Of a stretch of 64,000 bases of DNA, positions 1-13,317 are shown in pieces. The DNA comes from Octopus sinensis (Eukaryota): the NCBI RefSeq assembly GCF_006345805.1, contig NC_042999.1, positions 114,080,001 through 114,144,000 on the forward strand. Reading direction: 5' to 3'. The notes under the pieces are model-generated. The model did no database searches, was not told the origin of the DNA, and saw only the letters and a program-made list of their open reading frames with translations. Position 1 is the stretch's first letter; every line of letters starts with the position of its first letter. A program made the translations under genes and the position numbers.

Positions 1-72
1 ACTTGGCAGGGAGACTGAACCTGGAACCATGTGGTTAAGAAGCAAACTTCTTATCATACAGCCCCACCTGCA
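1..72 (-). mobile_element. SINE family A, tRNA-like head fragment
   Basis: Reverse complement matches the head of the fuller copies at 8884 and 50907. Confidence 0.75.
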
Positions 73-74
73 TC

Positions 75-113
<39 letters not shown>

Positions 114-116
<3 letters not shown>

Positions 117-346
117 GCAACGAGCTGGCAGAAACGTTAGCGCGCCGGGTGAAATGCTTAGCGGTATTTCGTCTGCCGTTACGTTCTGAGTTCAAATTCC
201 GCCATGGTTGACTTTGCCTTTCATCCTTTCGAGGTCGATAAATAAAGTACCAGTTACGCACTGGGGTTGATGTAATCGACTTAATCCCTTTGTCTGTCCT
301 TGTTTGTCCCCTTTATGTTTAGCCCCTTGTGGGCAATAAAGAAATA
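114..346 (+). mobile_element. SINE family B (~235 bp), near full length
   Basis: B-box-like GAGTTCAAATTCC. Homologous copies at 10557, 11085, 22810, 36633, 40195, 40435, 42225 and 63965. Flanked by (TA)n. Confidence 0.85.
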
Positions 347-816
347 TATATATATATATAGTGGTATACAGGGCGATTAAATTTACTAACAATGTTACTG
401 GTACTTTATTTTATGGATCCACCATACCCTGGTTACCTCTACCCCAACCACCCTGAAAAAATTATGAAATTGTCATCATTGTCATTATTGTGTTCTCCCA
501 TTGCTGCTGCTACAAACAGATTCAGGACTTCAGTTTGTAATACAGTTAGGATAGACCAACAAGGCATGGTTCATGATGTGTCATGCATGATGTCATGATG
601 ACATCTGCTGTAATAGTTTACTTGTGACACCTTCATAGCAAAGCAGAACCACTTCAGGCAAGAGGCATCTTCTATTCCAGTATGCTCGTAAGTGTAAATC
701 AGTGTGTTTGAGGAGGTGTAAATATCATCACCAACTCAGACACACATAACACATACATGGACATGCATGCAAACTATATTACAATATGTGTATGTATGCA
801 ATGTAAATAAGTATCT

Positions 817-1240
<424 letters not shown>

Positions 1241-1410
1241 ATTAGCTCACACATTTATTATATATGTGTGTGTGTGTATAAATGTGCGTATGTATATGTG
1301 TACATACATAGATAATAGTTTTCACTCCAAAATTGTGTGATGTTTACTTGTTTTCAAAAATCTGTGTGCTGTGAATTTTTTATCTGTTCATATTTTAATT
1401 TTTATTTTTG

Positions 1411-1462
<52 letters not shown>

Positions 1463-1770
1463 TTAAATTTATTTTATATCAAGCTAATGGCATAAATATA
1501 AAATATAAAAACACAATAACAAACAATTATCATCGAATGGATCATCTTAGTCATGAACAATGAATGCTAAATGCTCTAAGTGAACCATATCTAAGCAGTT
1601 GAAAATCTATGAAGGTCAGAGATTGTTCTAACATGGTTGATTGTTTGTGTTTATTATAATAATTTGTGAGGTTTTTGTTTGTTTGCTTTTTTTGTAAACT
1701 TTTGCTTTAATTACTTTGTTTTAATTTTATTAGTGCCTTTTGCTTTCTTGTGCATGTGTATGTGTGTGTT

Positions 1771-1797
<27 letters not shown>

Positions 1798-1814
<17 letters not shown>

Positions 1815-3675
1815 TTGTTTCCATTGATTTTGCAAAAGATTTAAAAGATTTCCATGTTGTTTCTGTCATTCAATGTACATAAAAGATTGTCATCTTACTT
1901 CCTGCATCTCTGTACAATAATTCTATTACATATATTCTTCACCTGTCTATCTGCCTGCTTCAGGTTCACCATCCATCACTCCTCTTTCTCCCTACATCAT
2001 CCACCCCTCTTCCATCCTCCCACACACCAGTCTCTGCTGTCTCTCTTTGATAAAATAGCATTTACAAGTGTTATGCCTAGATACAAAGAATAAGAGCTGT
2101 AAAATATCTCCCTCTGTCACTCTCTCTCTCTCTCTCTCTTTCTCTGTTTTTTTTTTTTTTTTCCTTTTCTCTCTATCACTCTCCTCTCTTTGTCACATAT
2201 ACATTTAATCAGTTAGACACACATGTATATAAATACACACTCACAGACATTGCCTTCACTTGTAACACACACATCCCATTCCCACATGTCTGCTTCAGTC
2301 ATAGATTTTATGTCAACATAATTACATATTTCAATCAGGCACTATAATGCATTGGTAAGCTCTTTGCAAATCAAATCTGAAGCCTGGTTTCAATTCCCAG
2401 CAGGAACAGCTTCACTTTGCTTACGTCATCTTAATGCCTTTGAGTGAGGTAAGAAAAATCACAACCTCCTGTTTTACTTCTCTTAATAAGTATCAAGCTT
2501 CAGGACTCTCAAGAAAACAATTAGCTACATTTTCTTTGGTCTCTGCTTCAATTACACTGATGACAATTTCACTAATTATTCCTCCTGGGTCAATAAAGCA
2601 AGTACAAGTTATACACTGAAGTTGATTTGATAACATTTTGGTTTTTACTTCATACCTTGTGAACAAAGTATAAATAAGTACAAATTTTACCCCAGCTGAG
2701 TTTATATATATATATACACATATATATATGTATGTGTGGTGTGTGTGTGTTTTCTTTGTTTCCATTGATTTTGCAAAAGATTTAAAAGATTTCCATGTTG
2801 TTTCTGTCATTCAATGTACATAAAAGATTGTCATCTTACTTCCTGCATCTCTGTACAATAATTCTATTACATATATTCTTCACCTGTCTATCTGCCTGCT
2901 TCAGGTTCACCATCCATCACTCCTCTTTCTCCCTACATCATCCACCCCTCTTCCATCCTCCCACACACCAGTCTCTGCTGTCTCTCTTTGATAAAATAGC
3001 ATTTACAAGTGTTATGCCTAGATACAAAGAATAAGAGCTGTAAAATATCTCCCTCTGTCACTCTCTCTCTCTCTCTCTCTCTTTCTCTGTTTTTTTTTTT
3101 TTTTTCCTTTTCTCTCTATCACTCTCCTCTCTTTGTCACATATACATTTAATCAGTTAGACACACATGTATATAAATACACACTCACAGACATTGCCTTC
3201 ACTTGTAACACACACATCCCATTCCCACATGTCTGCTTCAGTCATAGATTTTATGTCAACATAATTACATATTTCAATCAGGCACTATAATGCATTGGTA
3301 AGCTCTTTGCAAATCAAATCTGAAGCCTGGTTTCAATTCCCAGCAGGAACAGCTTCACTTTGCTTACGTCATCTTAATGCCTTTGAGTGAGGTAAGAAAA
3401 ATCACAACCTCCTGTTTTACTTCTCTTAATAAGTATCAAGCTTCAGGACTCTCAAGAAAACAATTAGCTACATTTTCTTTGGTCTCTGCTTCAATTACAC
3501 TGATGACAATTTCACTAATTATTCCTCCTGGGTCAATAAAGCAAGTACAAGTTATACACTGAAGTTGATTTGATAACATTTTGGTTTTTACTTCATACCT
3601 TGTGAACAAAGTATAAATAAGTACAAATTTTACCCCAGCTGAGTTTATATATATATATACACATATATATATGTA

Positions 3676-3681
<6 letters not shown>
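1798..3681 (+). repeat. Tandem duplication, two ~941-943 bp copies
   Basis: Identical ORF translations at 1854/2795 and 2434/3377. The only difference I found is one CT unit. Junction at 2738/2739 inside (TG)n. Confidence 0.95.
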
Positions 3682-3723
<42 letters not shown>

Positions 3724-3939
3724 AAAAAGGAGATGTGGAACACGAGTTGTGATATATAAAAAAAGGAAATGAAGAAAATGCTGACAAAATAATTTAAGTA
3801 AGGGAGAGTATATTTAATTAGGTGCAAGTTCTTTTTACCGGTTGCGCATTTGTTAAGCTTATGAAAAGAATTTTTTTTAAGAGAGATAGAGTTCCTTTCT
3901 GATAGATTTTTTTTCTCTTATCTGACCTATATATATATA

Positions 3940-4102
3940 GGTGCAGGAGTGGCTGTGTGGTAAGTAGCTTGCTAATCAACCACATGGTTCTGAGTGGTTC
4001 AGTCCCACTGCTTGGCACCTTGGGCAAGTGTCTTCTACTATAGCCTCGGGCCAACCAAAGCCTTGTGAGTGGATTTGATAGACAGAAACTGAAAGAAGCC
4101 TG
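3940..4102 (+). mobile_element. SINE family A, 5' portion
   Basis: GGTGCAGGAGTGGCTGTGTGGTAAG...GGTTCAGTCCC head and CTGAAAGAAGCC body, as at 50907. Confidence 0.85.
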
Positions 4103-4176
4103 ATATATATATATATATAAATATTATTATTTCTAAATCTCTCTAATGGAGACTATGGCAGCAGTACTGGGTATTA

Positions 4177-4281
4177 ATAGTTATCACCAAGCTAACATGG
4201 CAGTCCAGAAAAATAGGACGAATGCTGCAATGGCAGCATTTGTCCTATTTTTCTGGACTGCCTTGTTAGCTTGGTGAAAAC

Positions 4282-4284
<3 letters not shown>
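4177..4284. repeat. Near-perfect hairpin (45-bp core arms, 4-nt loop)
   Basis: 4184-4228 is the reverse complement of 4233-4277 with 2 differences. Loop AATG. Confidence 0.95.
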
Positions 4285-4327
<43 letters not shown>

Positions 4328-4389
4328 CAGACAGACAGACAGAGAAAGAATGAGTGAGAGAGTGAAACATGCATACATAAATGTATAAA

Positions 4390-4690
4390 ACTGGCGCTCT
4401 GTTAGTTGCAATGATGAGGATTCCAGTTGATCTGATCAACCAATCCGCCTGCTTATGAAATTAACAACCTGTATGTTCTTAACATAGTTCTCAGGGAGAT
4501 TCAGCATAACATGGAATGTGACAAAGCTGGTCTTTCAAATTACATGTACAACCCATATTTGCCAGCTCAGCTGAATAGACTTGAGCAATGTAAAACAATG
4601 TGTCTTGCTCAATAACACAATGTGCCACCAGGAATTGAACTCATGACTTTATGATCCTGAGCTAAATACCCTAACCACTAATCCATATGC
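4390..4690 (-). mobile_element. SINE family D, decayed
   Basis: Reverse-complement similarity to 9883-10165. Confidence 0.7.
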
Positions 4691-4923
4691 CTTCACTCAT
4701 ACACAGACATATGCACACATGCATGCATACATACTTGCATACATACATGCATGCATGCATGTTGGCAAGGCTGTATGGTTAAAAAGTTCACTTCCCAACC
4801 ACATAGTTTTGGGTTCGGTCCCACTACATGACACCTTGAGTGTCTTCTACTATTGCCTGAAGCTGACCAAAGCCTTGTGGATAAGAAGCAATTATTATGT
4901 ATGTACATGCATGTGTGTGTGTG

Positions 4924-4998
<75 letters not shown>

Positions 4999-5014
4999 AC
5001 ACACACATAGTGAA

Positions 5015-5345
5015 GGCACATGGCTCAGTGGTTAGAGCGTCGAGCTTATGATCGTGAGGTTGTGAGCTCGAATCCCGGACCGGCCTGTGTGTTGTGTTCT
5101 TGAGCAAGACACTTTATTTCACGTTGCTCCAGTTCACTCAGCTGTAGAAATGAGTTGTGACATCACAGGTGCCAAGCTGTATCAGCCCTTGCCTTTCCCT
5201 TGGATAACACTGGTGGCGTGGAGAGGGGAGGCCAGTATGCATGGGCGACTGCTGGTCTTCCATAAACAATCTTGCCCAGACTTGTGCCTGGGAGGGTAAC
5301 TTTCTAGGTGCAAACCCACGGTCAGTCATGACCGAAGGGGGTTCT
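5015..5345 (+). mobile_element. SINE family C (~330 bp), near full length
   Basis: A-box-like TGGCTCAGTGG and B-box-like TCGAATCCC. Homologues at 12125, 28900, 34872, 35258 and 54025. Confidence 0.85.
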
Positions 5346-5664
5346 AATACACACACACACATGCTCAAAGGGGTTCACATCGGCAATTTAATTTGATAGT
5401 ATCTCCATGTCACCCTGCATCTTTGGTTTAGTAGATTACTTCAAAAGAAAGTATCCCAAGTAATTCAAATGGTGGTGAATATGATGGTCCATATGGAGTT
5501 AAACAGTTTTCTATTGGTCCCAGTTACCATGTATTGTTTATTATATTATAGACTTCATATTTGGTAATAAACTACACTATTAAAACATGTGTAGTGACTA
5601 GGGAAGCCATAATTGGTTACCGTAGCACTACCTGCTAATGCACAGCAACCAAATATGACTTTCC

Positions 5665-5945
5665 TGTATAGTGACCAGAGAAGCAAAATTTGGTTGCTGC
5701 GCATTAGCACAAAATTGCTACAGCAACATCAGCCTATTACAGCCGGCTGCAGATTAATACATGGCAGCTTCTGCCCAGCAGTGTTGTGCACTGTTTTTGA
5801 TTTAGTTAGTAGAAGGACACAGGATGACCAACACAGAATTTTCATCGCAAACATCTCCTAGTTTCTCACTGCAACTTAGTGTTGTGAACACCTTTTACAG
5901 TCCAGCTCCCTAAATGAAATTGACACCATGAATAATTCTTTCTCT
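5665..5945 (+). mobile_element. Gypsy LTR, 3'-truncated copy
   Basis: Direct repeat (roughly 75-80% by eye) of 7605-7885, joined directly to the protease coding sequence. Confidence 0.8.
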
Positions 5946-7480
5946 TTCTTGTTGATTCTGGTGGTGCTACTGGTAGTATTTGGCCAGTTAAATTCACCAA
6001 CCTTCATTTTCTGCAATCGCCCTGCAAGATGTGAACGACTCGCCTATACAGACGTACAGTCAATACTCTCTTTTCTTGGATTTGGCTCTGTGAAGAGATT
6101 TTCAATGGATTTTAATCATTGCTGACCTGCCTTACCCAATCCTCAGTGTGGATTTTCTCCATCACTACTCTCTTCTCTTTGATGTTCATAAGCAGCGACT
6201 TCCAGACAGTAGTACTGAATCTGCTATTTTTGGAAGAAAGTTGAGCAGCCCAGTATTCTTTATCACAGTGGTTAGAAACCCACATCACTCAATTTTGGAC
6301 ATTTTCTGGGAGCTCACTTGAATTTCCAGGTGAGTGCACCTGCTCACACTACAAAACATATTATATCTACAAAGGGTACTCCAGTGTTTTCATATCCTCA
6401 TCATCTGCCTCCGGAAAAGCTGAGAGCAGTGAAAGCCAAGTTTAATCACATGCTGCAGCTCAGAATTATCTGCTCTTCCACAAACCAATGGGCCTCAGCC
6501 CTGCACATGGTCCCTAAGGGCTCTTGTAATTGGAGACCTACAGGAGATTTCAAACATCTAAATGCTATCACCATTCCTGATAGGTATACAATTCCTCATC
6601 CTCAAGATTTTGATTCCTCACTGTTTGGATGTACTGTATTTTCCAAGCTTGATCTTGTGAGAGCTTATCACCAGATTCCTGTTCACCATGAGGACATCCC
6701 GAAACTGCAGTAACAACCCCATTTGGCCTTCAAAATGCTGCCAGCACATTTCAGCAGTTCATGAAGTCATTTCTAGAATTGATTTCATCTCTGCATATAT
6801 TGATGATCTTTTGATTACCAGTTCTTCTGCTGAAGAACATGCTCAACATTTGAAGCTACTCTTCCAATTTAAAATGTGGATTAACCCTGCTAAATGTGTT
6901 TGGGTCATATCCTCCCTTGTGTTTCTTGGCCACATCATTGACAAAGAGGGCATTAGACCTCTTCCAGAGAAAGTGCAGGCTACTGAGGACCTTCTTCCTC
7001 CAACTTCCCTTCGCCAGTTGTGCCATTTCCTTGGCTTGCTGAACTTTTATCACCACTTTATCCCTCACTGTGGCTGAACTCCTGTCTCTACTTCCCAAGC
7101 TCTTAAAGAATCATCATAAGAAGAACAACACTATTGTGTTGACTCTGGCCAAGATAGAAGCTTTTGATGCTGTGAAATGTGACTTGCTAAAGCATCTCTA
7201 CTCACACACCCTGTCTCCAATGCAAAGCTTTTGCTTGTGGTTGATGCAAATCCAGCTTCTGCAGATTCAGTATGACATCTCTGAAGCCCTGCCCACTCTA
7301 TCTCAACTTGGATTCTCAGCCTCAGTGAAGCTCATTTTGGCTACACTCTTCCAGCCACCACTTGGCATTACATTCACTGGCTGATATTAATCCTGCATCC
7401 ACTTGCAGCACACCAAACACACACTTCCATCACAGCCACTTTCATCTCATTGCCCCCTGGCATGTAAATATTTCCACTGA
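5945..7480 (+). pseudogene. pol: Ty3/Gypsy pol remnant: aspartic protease, RT, start of RNase H, possible integrase C-terminal scrap
   Basis: FLVDSGG (DSG at 5954-5962), [30 protein letters not shown]...WRPTGDF...[18 protein letters not shown] at 6796-6807, FLGLLNFYHHFIP. Several frameshifts. gag and most of RH/IN are absent. Confidence 0.92.
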
Positions 7481-7604
7481 CCATTCTCATGTTTGTACAT
7501 TTTGCTTTTCTTGTTTTCTTTTTCCAGTGTTTATACATTTGGTTTTGCATTTTTCTTCTTCATTTTTTCTTGTTTATATCGACTTGCAGTCTGCAGCAAG
7601 GTAA

Positions 7605-8163
7605 TGTAGTGACCAGGGGAGCCATATTTGGTTGCTGTGCATTAGCACAGTAGTGCTATAGCAACTTAATCCATTAAAGCTGGCGGCAGATTAATACATG
7701 GTAGCTTCTGCCCAGCAGTGTTGCGCACTATTTTCAATTTAGTCAGCGGAAGGACGTGGGACAACCAACACAGAATTTTTTTCTTTGCAAATGACTTCTA
7801 GTGTCTCAGTTTAACTTAGCATCACAAACACCTTTTACAGTTCCGTTCCTTCAATGCAATTGAAGCCATGAATAATTCTTTCTCATCCCAGCCAGCACAG
7901 GCCATCTTACCACTGCTAGCTTATCACTGCTTATGACTTCTCATTCATGCCTACATAAGTTATTTCGGCTTCCTTGACTCACATACATACCTTACATATA
8001 CATACAGGGTTCAACTCTCACTACTTGTCTGAAGTTGGACACTTACCATTGTTACTACTTGCCAGCACTCACTGGATTAAATAAAGCTTAATGTTTTGTT
8101 ATAAATGAACTGCCTTCTGACAATGTTTTCTACTCAACTTCATGTAAACCTGAACATGAAACA
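7605..8163 (+). mobile_element. Complete Gypsy LTR (559 bp, TG...CA)
   Basis: Starts TGTAG, ends AAACA, contains AATAAA near 8078, and is immediately followed by a PBS. Confidence 0.82.
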
Positions 8164-8164
8164 T

Positions 8165-8180
8165 TGGTGACCTAAACGTG
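8165..8180 (+). promoter_or_regulatory. Primer binding site, tRNA-Trp type
   Basis: TGGTGACCtaaACGTG matches 13/16 the complement of the eukaryotic tRNA-Trp 3' end (TGGTGACCCCGACGTG, recalled). Confidence 0.72.
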
Positions 8181-8482
8181 TGAATATTCCTCAAAATGAA
8201 ATGAACCCTTTGAATCACTCATTTGCTGCATTTTGTTTTTGTTTGAACCACATGTGTGACTTTTGCTTTTATTTTATCTTCATGATAGCTCCCATCTTGT
8301 TCACTTTTCTTTTCCCCATGGAACCTTGTGGTGTATTACACATACACAGCTGGACTTCATGTGCATGTCTCACCTCAATTTGAATTTCAGTTTCCACTTA
8401 CTGCCATTGATAGAATTTCGGCCTATTTTTTCATTTACACCATTCCCTGGATTTATTTTATCATAATTGGACAGAAAATAAA

Positions 8483-8850
8483 AAGACATGGGAAGAAGTG
8501 GTGAAGCATGATCTTAAAATGTTGGGTGTCACAGAGGTGATGACAAGTGACCAAGACCTTTGGCAATATGCCATGCTTGAGAAGACCCATCAAGCCAAGT
8601 GAAATCATAGTCTTGGCTGATGCTGGTGTCATGTAACTGGCACCTGTTCTGGTGGTACATAGAAGCACCTGTTCTAGTAGCAAGTAAGAAACACCTATTA
8701 CACTCTTGGGGTGGTTGGTGTTAGGAAGAGCATCCGACCATAGAAACCATGCCAAATCAGACTGAAACTTGGTGTAGCTCTCCAGCTTGCTAGTCCCAGT
8801 GAAACCATCTAACTCATGCCAGCATGGAAAGTAGATGCTAAATGATGATA
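8483..8850 (+). mobile_element. RTE family 1 LINE 3' end (ORF C-terminus, 3' UTR, (GAT)n tail)
   Basis: TWEEVVKHDLKMLGVTEVMTSDQDLW resembles 16840-16910. Ends CATGCCAGCATGGAAA...AAATGATGAT. Confidence 0.8.
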
Positions 8851-8883
8851 TATAATATACATATAATATATAATATACATATA

Positions 8884-9270
8884 GGCGCAGGAATGGCCGT
8901 GTGGTAAGTAGCTTGCTTACCAACCACATTGCTCCGGGTTCAGTCCCACTGCGTGGAACCTTGGGCAAGTGTCTTCTACTATAGCCTTGGGCCGAACAAA
9001 GCCTTGTGAGTGGATTTAGCAGATGGAAACTGAAAGAAGCCTGTCATATATATGTATATGTGTATGTGCGTGTATATGTTTGTCCCCCAGCATCGCTTGA
9101 CAACCAAGGGTGGTGTGTTTATGTCCCCATAACTTAGTGGTTCAGCAAAAGAAACCGATGGAATAAGTACTAGGCTTCCAAAGAATAAATCCTGGAGTCA
9201 ATTTGCTTGACTAAAGACAGTGCTCCAGCATGGCCACAGTCAAATGGCTGAAACAAGTAAAACAGTAAAA

Positions 9271-9272
<2 letters not shown>
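8884..9272 (+). mobile_element. SINE family A, full length
   Basis: Colinear with 50907-51302. Confidence 0.9.
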
Positions 9273-9309
<37 letters not shown>

Positions 9310-9882
9310 TCATGTGGATGTGTATGTATAGGGTGTGACATGGAAGTGGATTCTAGTCTTGGCCAGATGTTGTCTTCTTCTCAACTAAAGAAATTAAAGT
9401 GTAAGTATTTATATTCAAATAAACCAGTTTGTATACAGATAAACCTAATGTTTGGATGCTAAACTATAATTATTTTTTAAGAAAATAATCTGAAATAAAA
9501 TATGTAAATATTCATTAAAAGAGTCAACATCCATGATAAAATTGCTAAGTTCAAACTAAAATTAGACGGTATGGAAGCAAATTGAAGAATATGGAAGATT
9601 GTTTGACCTGTAATTTGATACACTAGTATACCAGCACTCAACATGGCCAGATACCACCACATATACTTGCAGCCACATGGCTGTACAGGCTTATATATTC
9701 AGACACATAGTAATACTCACATACATATTTATACAAACATTCAAGTATTAAGTATTCAAATTGGTCTATGAATACATACATGTACCAATTATAAAGATCT
9801 ATACACACACATGCTTATGCACATTTACGTAAACATATTTAGCCATGCTGTATGAATGTGTGTGTGTGTGTGTGTGTGTGAA

Positions 9883-10165
9883 GGCATGTAGCTTAGTGGT
9901 TAAGGTATTCGGCTCATGATCGTAAGGTCATGAGTTCAATTTCCACCAGCGCATTGTGTCCTTGAGCAAGACACTTTATTTCATGTTGCTCCAGTTCATT
10001 CAGCTAGCAAAAATGAGTCGTACCTGTATTTCAAAGGGTCAGCTTTGTGACATTCTGTGTCATACTTAATCTCCCTGAGAACTACGTTAATGGTACATGT
10101 GTCTGTGGAGTGCTCAGTCACTTGCACGTTAATATCACGTGCAGGCTGTTCCGTTGTAGGTCTTT
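9883..10165 (+). mobile_element. SINE family D (head shared with family C, different body)
   Basis: TAGCTTAGTGG...GAGTTCAATTTCC head. Body homologous to 4390-4690. Confidence 0.75.
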
Positions 10166-10556
10166 CCATTTATCCCAATTGATCAATAGACCAATTGAGT
10201 AAACCTATCTATAATGACTACTGGAAGCAGCTGTAAGCCAAGTTTGCTATAATAAAGGAATTTATGTAATGACCATGATTTTATCTTGCCTATTATATAT
10301 ATATATAATTTTCCTTTTTTATGAAACATTGTAACCTGCTATTTATATTAATTTTATACATACACATCAGCAAATCACTAAATCAGTTTGGATGATGAAA
10401 ACATTTATACTAACAGAGAAGCAAGTCTGAAAAGAGCCGAGATTGAGCAGGCTTAACTGATGAGGCAACAGGAATTGCTGAAACTGATGTCAATGTTGAG
10501 AAATCTCGATCAGCATTTTTAGGACAATTCAGCTCCCTATTAGCATATATGTTTCC

Positions 10557-10787
10557 TATTTCTTTGTTGCCCACAAGGGGCTAAACACAGAGGGGACAAA
10601 CAAGGACAGACAAACAGATTAAGTTGATTATATCAACCCCAGTATGTAACTGGTACTTATTTAATCGACCCCGAAAGGATGAAAGGCAAAGTCGACCTCA
10701 GCGGAATTTGAATTCAGAATGTAGTGGCAGATGAAATACCACTAAGCATTTTGCCCGGCATGCTAACGTTTTTGCCAGTTCGCCACC
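10557..10787 (-). mobile_element. SINE family B
   Basis: Reverse complement of 114-346. Confidence 0.88.
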
Positions 10788-11249
10788 TAATGTATATGTT
10801 TTCATTCATGTGCATTAACTACAGCATTAGAGCATTTTAGCTTTTATTTCTAGCAATGTAGGTGTTTCTTAACATCCTAGTCACATTTACTGACAATCAT
10901 AATTCTCCTTTTTAATGAAACGTCACAACCTGCTGTTTATTTTAATTTTATATATATACATTTTAGGAAATTCCTGCCAGCTTTTCGGAATCCGCAAGAT
11001 GGGGGCACAACTGGAAGTCAATCACCAATGGGAAAGGGAGATAATCCCCTATTGTTTACCTTCATAGAGAGGGGACTAGTCAATTACATCAACCCCAGTG
11101 TTTCACTGGTACTTAATTTATCGATCCTTAAAGGATGAAAAGCAAAGGCAAAGCCAACCTTGGCAGATTTTGAACTCAGAACATGAAGGCAGACAAAATG
11201 CCACTAAGTATTTCACCCGGTGTGCTAACAATTCTGCCAGCTCATCGCC

Positions 11250-11304
<55 letters not shown>

Positions 11305-12124
11305 TGATGATGATAATAATAAGGATTATTACAAAGTAGCATTACCTTTAATTCCTTTTCATATATATACAGCCTCCAATATACCTACACATGTTTCTAC
11401 TACATTGATTAGTCACAGCTGAAATTGCAACCTTACTATGGTACCAGTGCAGTTTCTTCAGGATCTGCATTCCATAGCACACCACTGTGCTGTGAAAAAT
11501 ATTTGGGGGATTTTGGGAAAATGACCCAAGAACATTCACAAAGTTTGAGAGCATAAATATAAATTAATTATATAAATCGTAAAATACAATAAATATAAAT
11601 TGATTGCATTACATGGCGAACAGCAGTTTTACTACAATATATTACATTTCTGCATTTAAACCAGGATTGTCTAAGTAAATTGTTTAGTAGTTCTGGTAGT
11701 TTTTAATTGTTGATTTATTTATAATTTACATATATTATTTTATGTTAATTTTAATCGATTTTTAGTTTTAGATTTAAACATGGACAAATTTTCATTGAAA
11801 CCTCAGAAAAATGAGACATAGTGTCATAGCAAACAAGATGAACACCAGGATAAAAAGTCACCTCATCAAATCAAAAATATGAAAATTATATCCAGTATGA
11901 GTCTAATTTAAGTTCTCAACATTATTTAGCATCCCAACAGATGTCTTTTCATCAACTTCTCAAAGGATATTTAGGCTTAAGTACAACTATTAAACGCTTC
12001 CAAACTGCACTTCTCTTCTGACTTAATTACATATATATCTAATTAAGAACATATTATTAAAATGATTTCCTAATCCAGTATATGCATTTGAGACAGTATT
12101 TAATTAAAATAGTCATCTATATAA

Positions 12125-12472
12125 AGGGTAAAAGGGCAAAGAACCCCTTTGGTTATGAATGACAATGGGATTGCACCTAGAAAGTTACCCTCCAAAGCAC
12201 AAGTCCAGGCAAGGTTGTTTTTGTGGAGTGCTAGCAGCTGTCCATGCATACCAGCCTCCCCTCTCCATGCCACCAATGTTATCCAAGGGAAAGGTAATGG
12301 CCAATACAGCTTGGCACCAGTGATGCCATAACTCATTTCTACAGCTGATTGAACTGGAGCAGCATGAAATAAAGTGACTTGCTCAAGAACACAACATACA
12401 GCCCAGTCCGGGAATCGAACTCACTACCTCATGATCGTAAGCCCAACACTCTAACCACTGAGTCATGTGCCT
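12125..12472 (-). mobile_element. SINE family C
   Basis: Reverse complement of 5015-5345. Confidence 0.88.
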
Positions 12473-12880
12473 TCATCTATATAGCACACTTAATATGCTA
12501 TACCAAATTTTTAATAAGCTGGGTTACTGTTTACAACGTCCATGAATGTTTATTTCCTTTTCTTTTATCAGAGACAACAAACTCTCATTCGAGTATGTGG
12601 TTGGGTGTGAGTACTTTGCCAGTGAAAAGGCTCAAAATTACTGAAATGCAGTTGATGCTCTCACTGGTCACTACTGGGATGAATTTTCATCTCTCTCTGG
12701 TATTTGTTGTATTTTAAACACAGCAAGTCCATGAGAGATCTCAGGACACATACTGCTTTAATTGACCAATCAACAGTGTGCATACATAATGTTGTATATA
12801 TAGTTGGCTATGTCCTTATCTATTGTCATATTTCTTTATTTATTAGAGTGGCCTTATCTGGTTAACCATTTAGCATTTAA

Positions 12881-13099
12881 CCCTGTAACATTCAGATTTT
12901 TCTGTCAAATGTAGTGCTTATTTATCCACATTGATTTGAATTAGTTGTGCATGACCTTGTAGCTTTGAGATTTCAATGATGATTGTCTATTTTCAGAATA
13001 ATATTGTAGGGGAAGTGTGAGAGACTGAATCTGGTTAGTATGGGGATAAAACAGGGCTGGACATTTTGGCCAGATATGGCTAATTCAAATGCTAAAGGA
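12881..13099 (+). mobile_element. piggyBac-type MITE family 1 (~220 bp)
   Basis: TTAA-CCCT...CATTCAGAT at the left end, AATGCTAAAGG-A-TTAA at the right. Same body at 27228 and 31487. Confidence 0.8.
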
Positions 13100-13103
13100 T
13101 TAA

Positions 13104-13317
13104 ACTGACCATATCTAGCCAAAGTATAGTACCTGTTTTATGTTCAGAAACATAAAACTGGTCAGATCTGGCTCCTCACAGCTTCCTTACAATGTCATTG
13201 TGAAAATAAGCAATCACATTATCGATATCTCCAAACTACAAAGTAATACATTATTAACTCAAAACAATGTGAATAAACAAGCATTACATTTGACAGAGCA
13301 ATCTGAGTGCCAAAGGG
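13104..13317 (-). mobile_element. piggyBac-type MITE family 1, inverted relative to the adjacent copy
   Basis: Ends CTGAGTGCCAAAGGG-TTAA. Reverse-complement similarity to 12881-13099. Confidence 0.8.

Noticed and set aside
2338-2403. tRNA-like A/B box spacing (also at 3281 and in all SINE heads)
   Set aside because: No cloverleaf can be completed. These are SINE-type heads, not tRNA genes.
8453-8968. 171-aa minus-strand ORF
   Set aside because: It is the antisense reading of a SINE A head plus an RTE 3' UTR, with no protein motif.
11780-12000. MDKF... start resembling hAT/Charlie transposase N-termini
   Set aside because: There is an early stop and no further recognisable motif.
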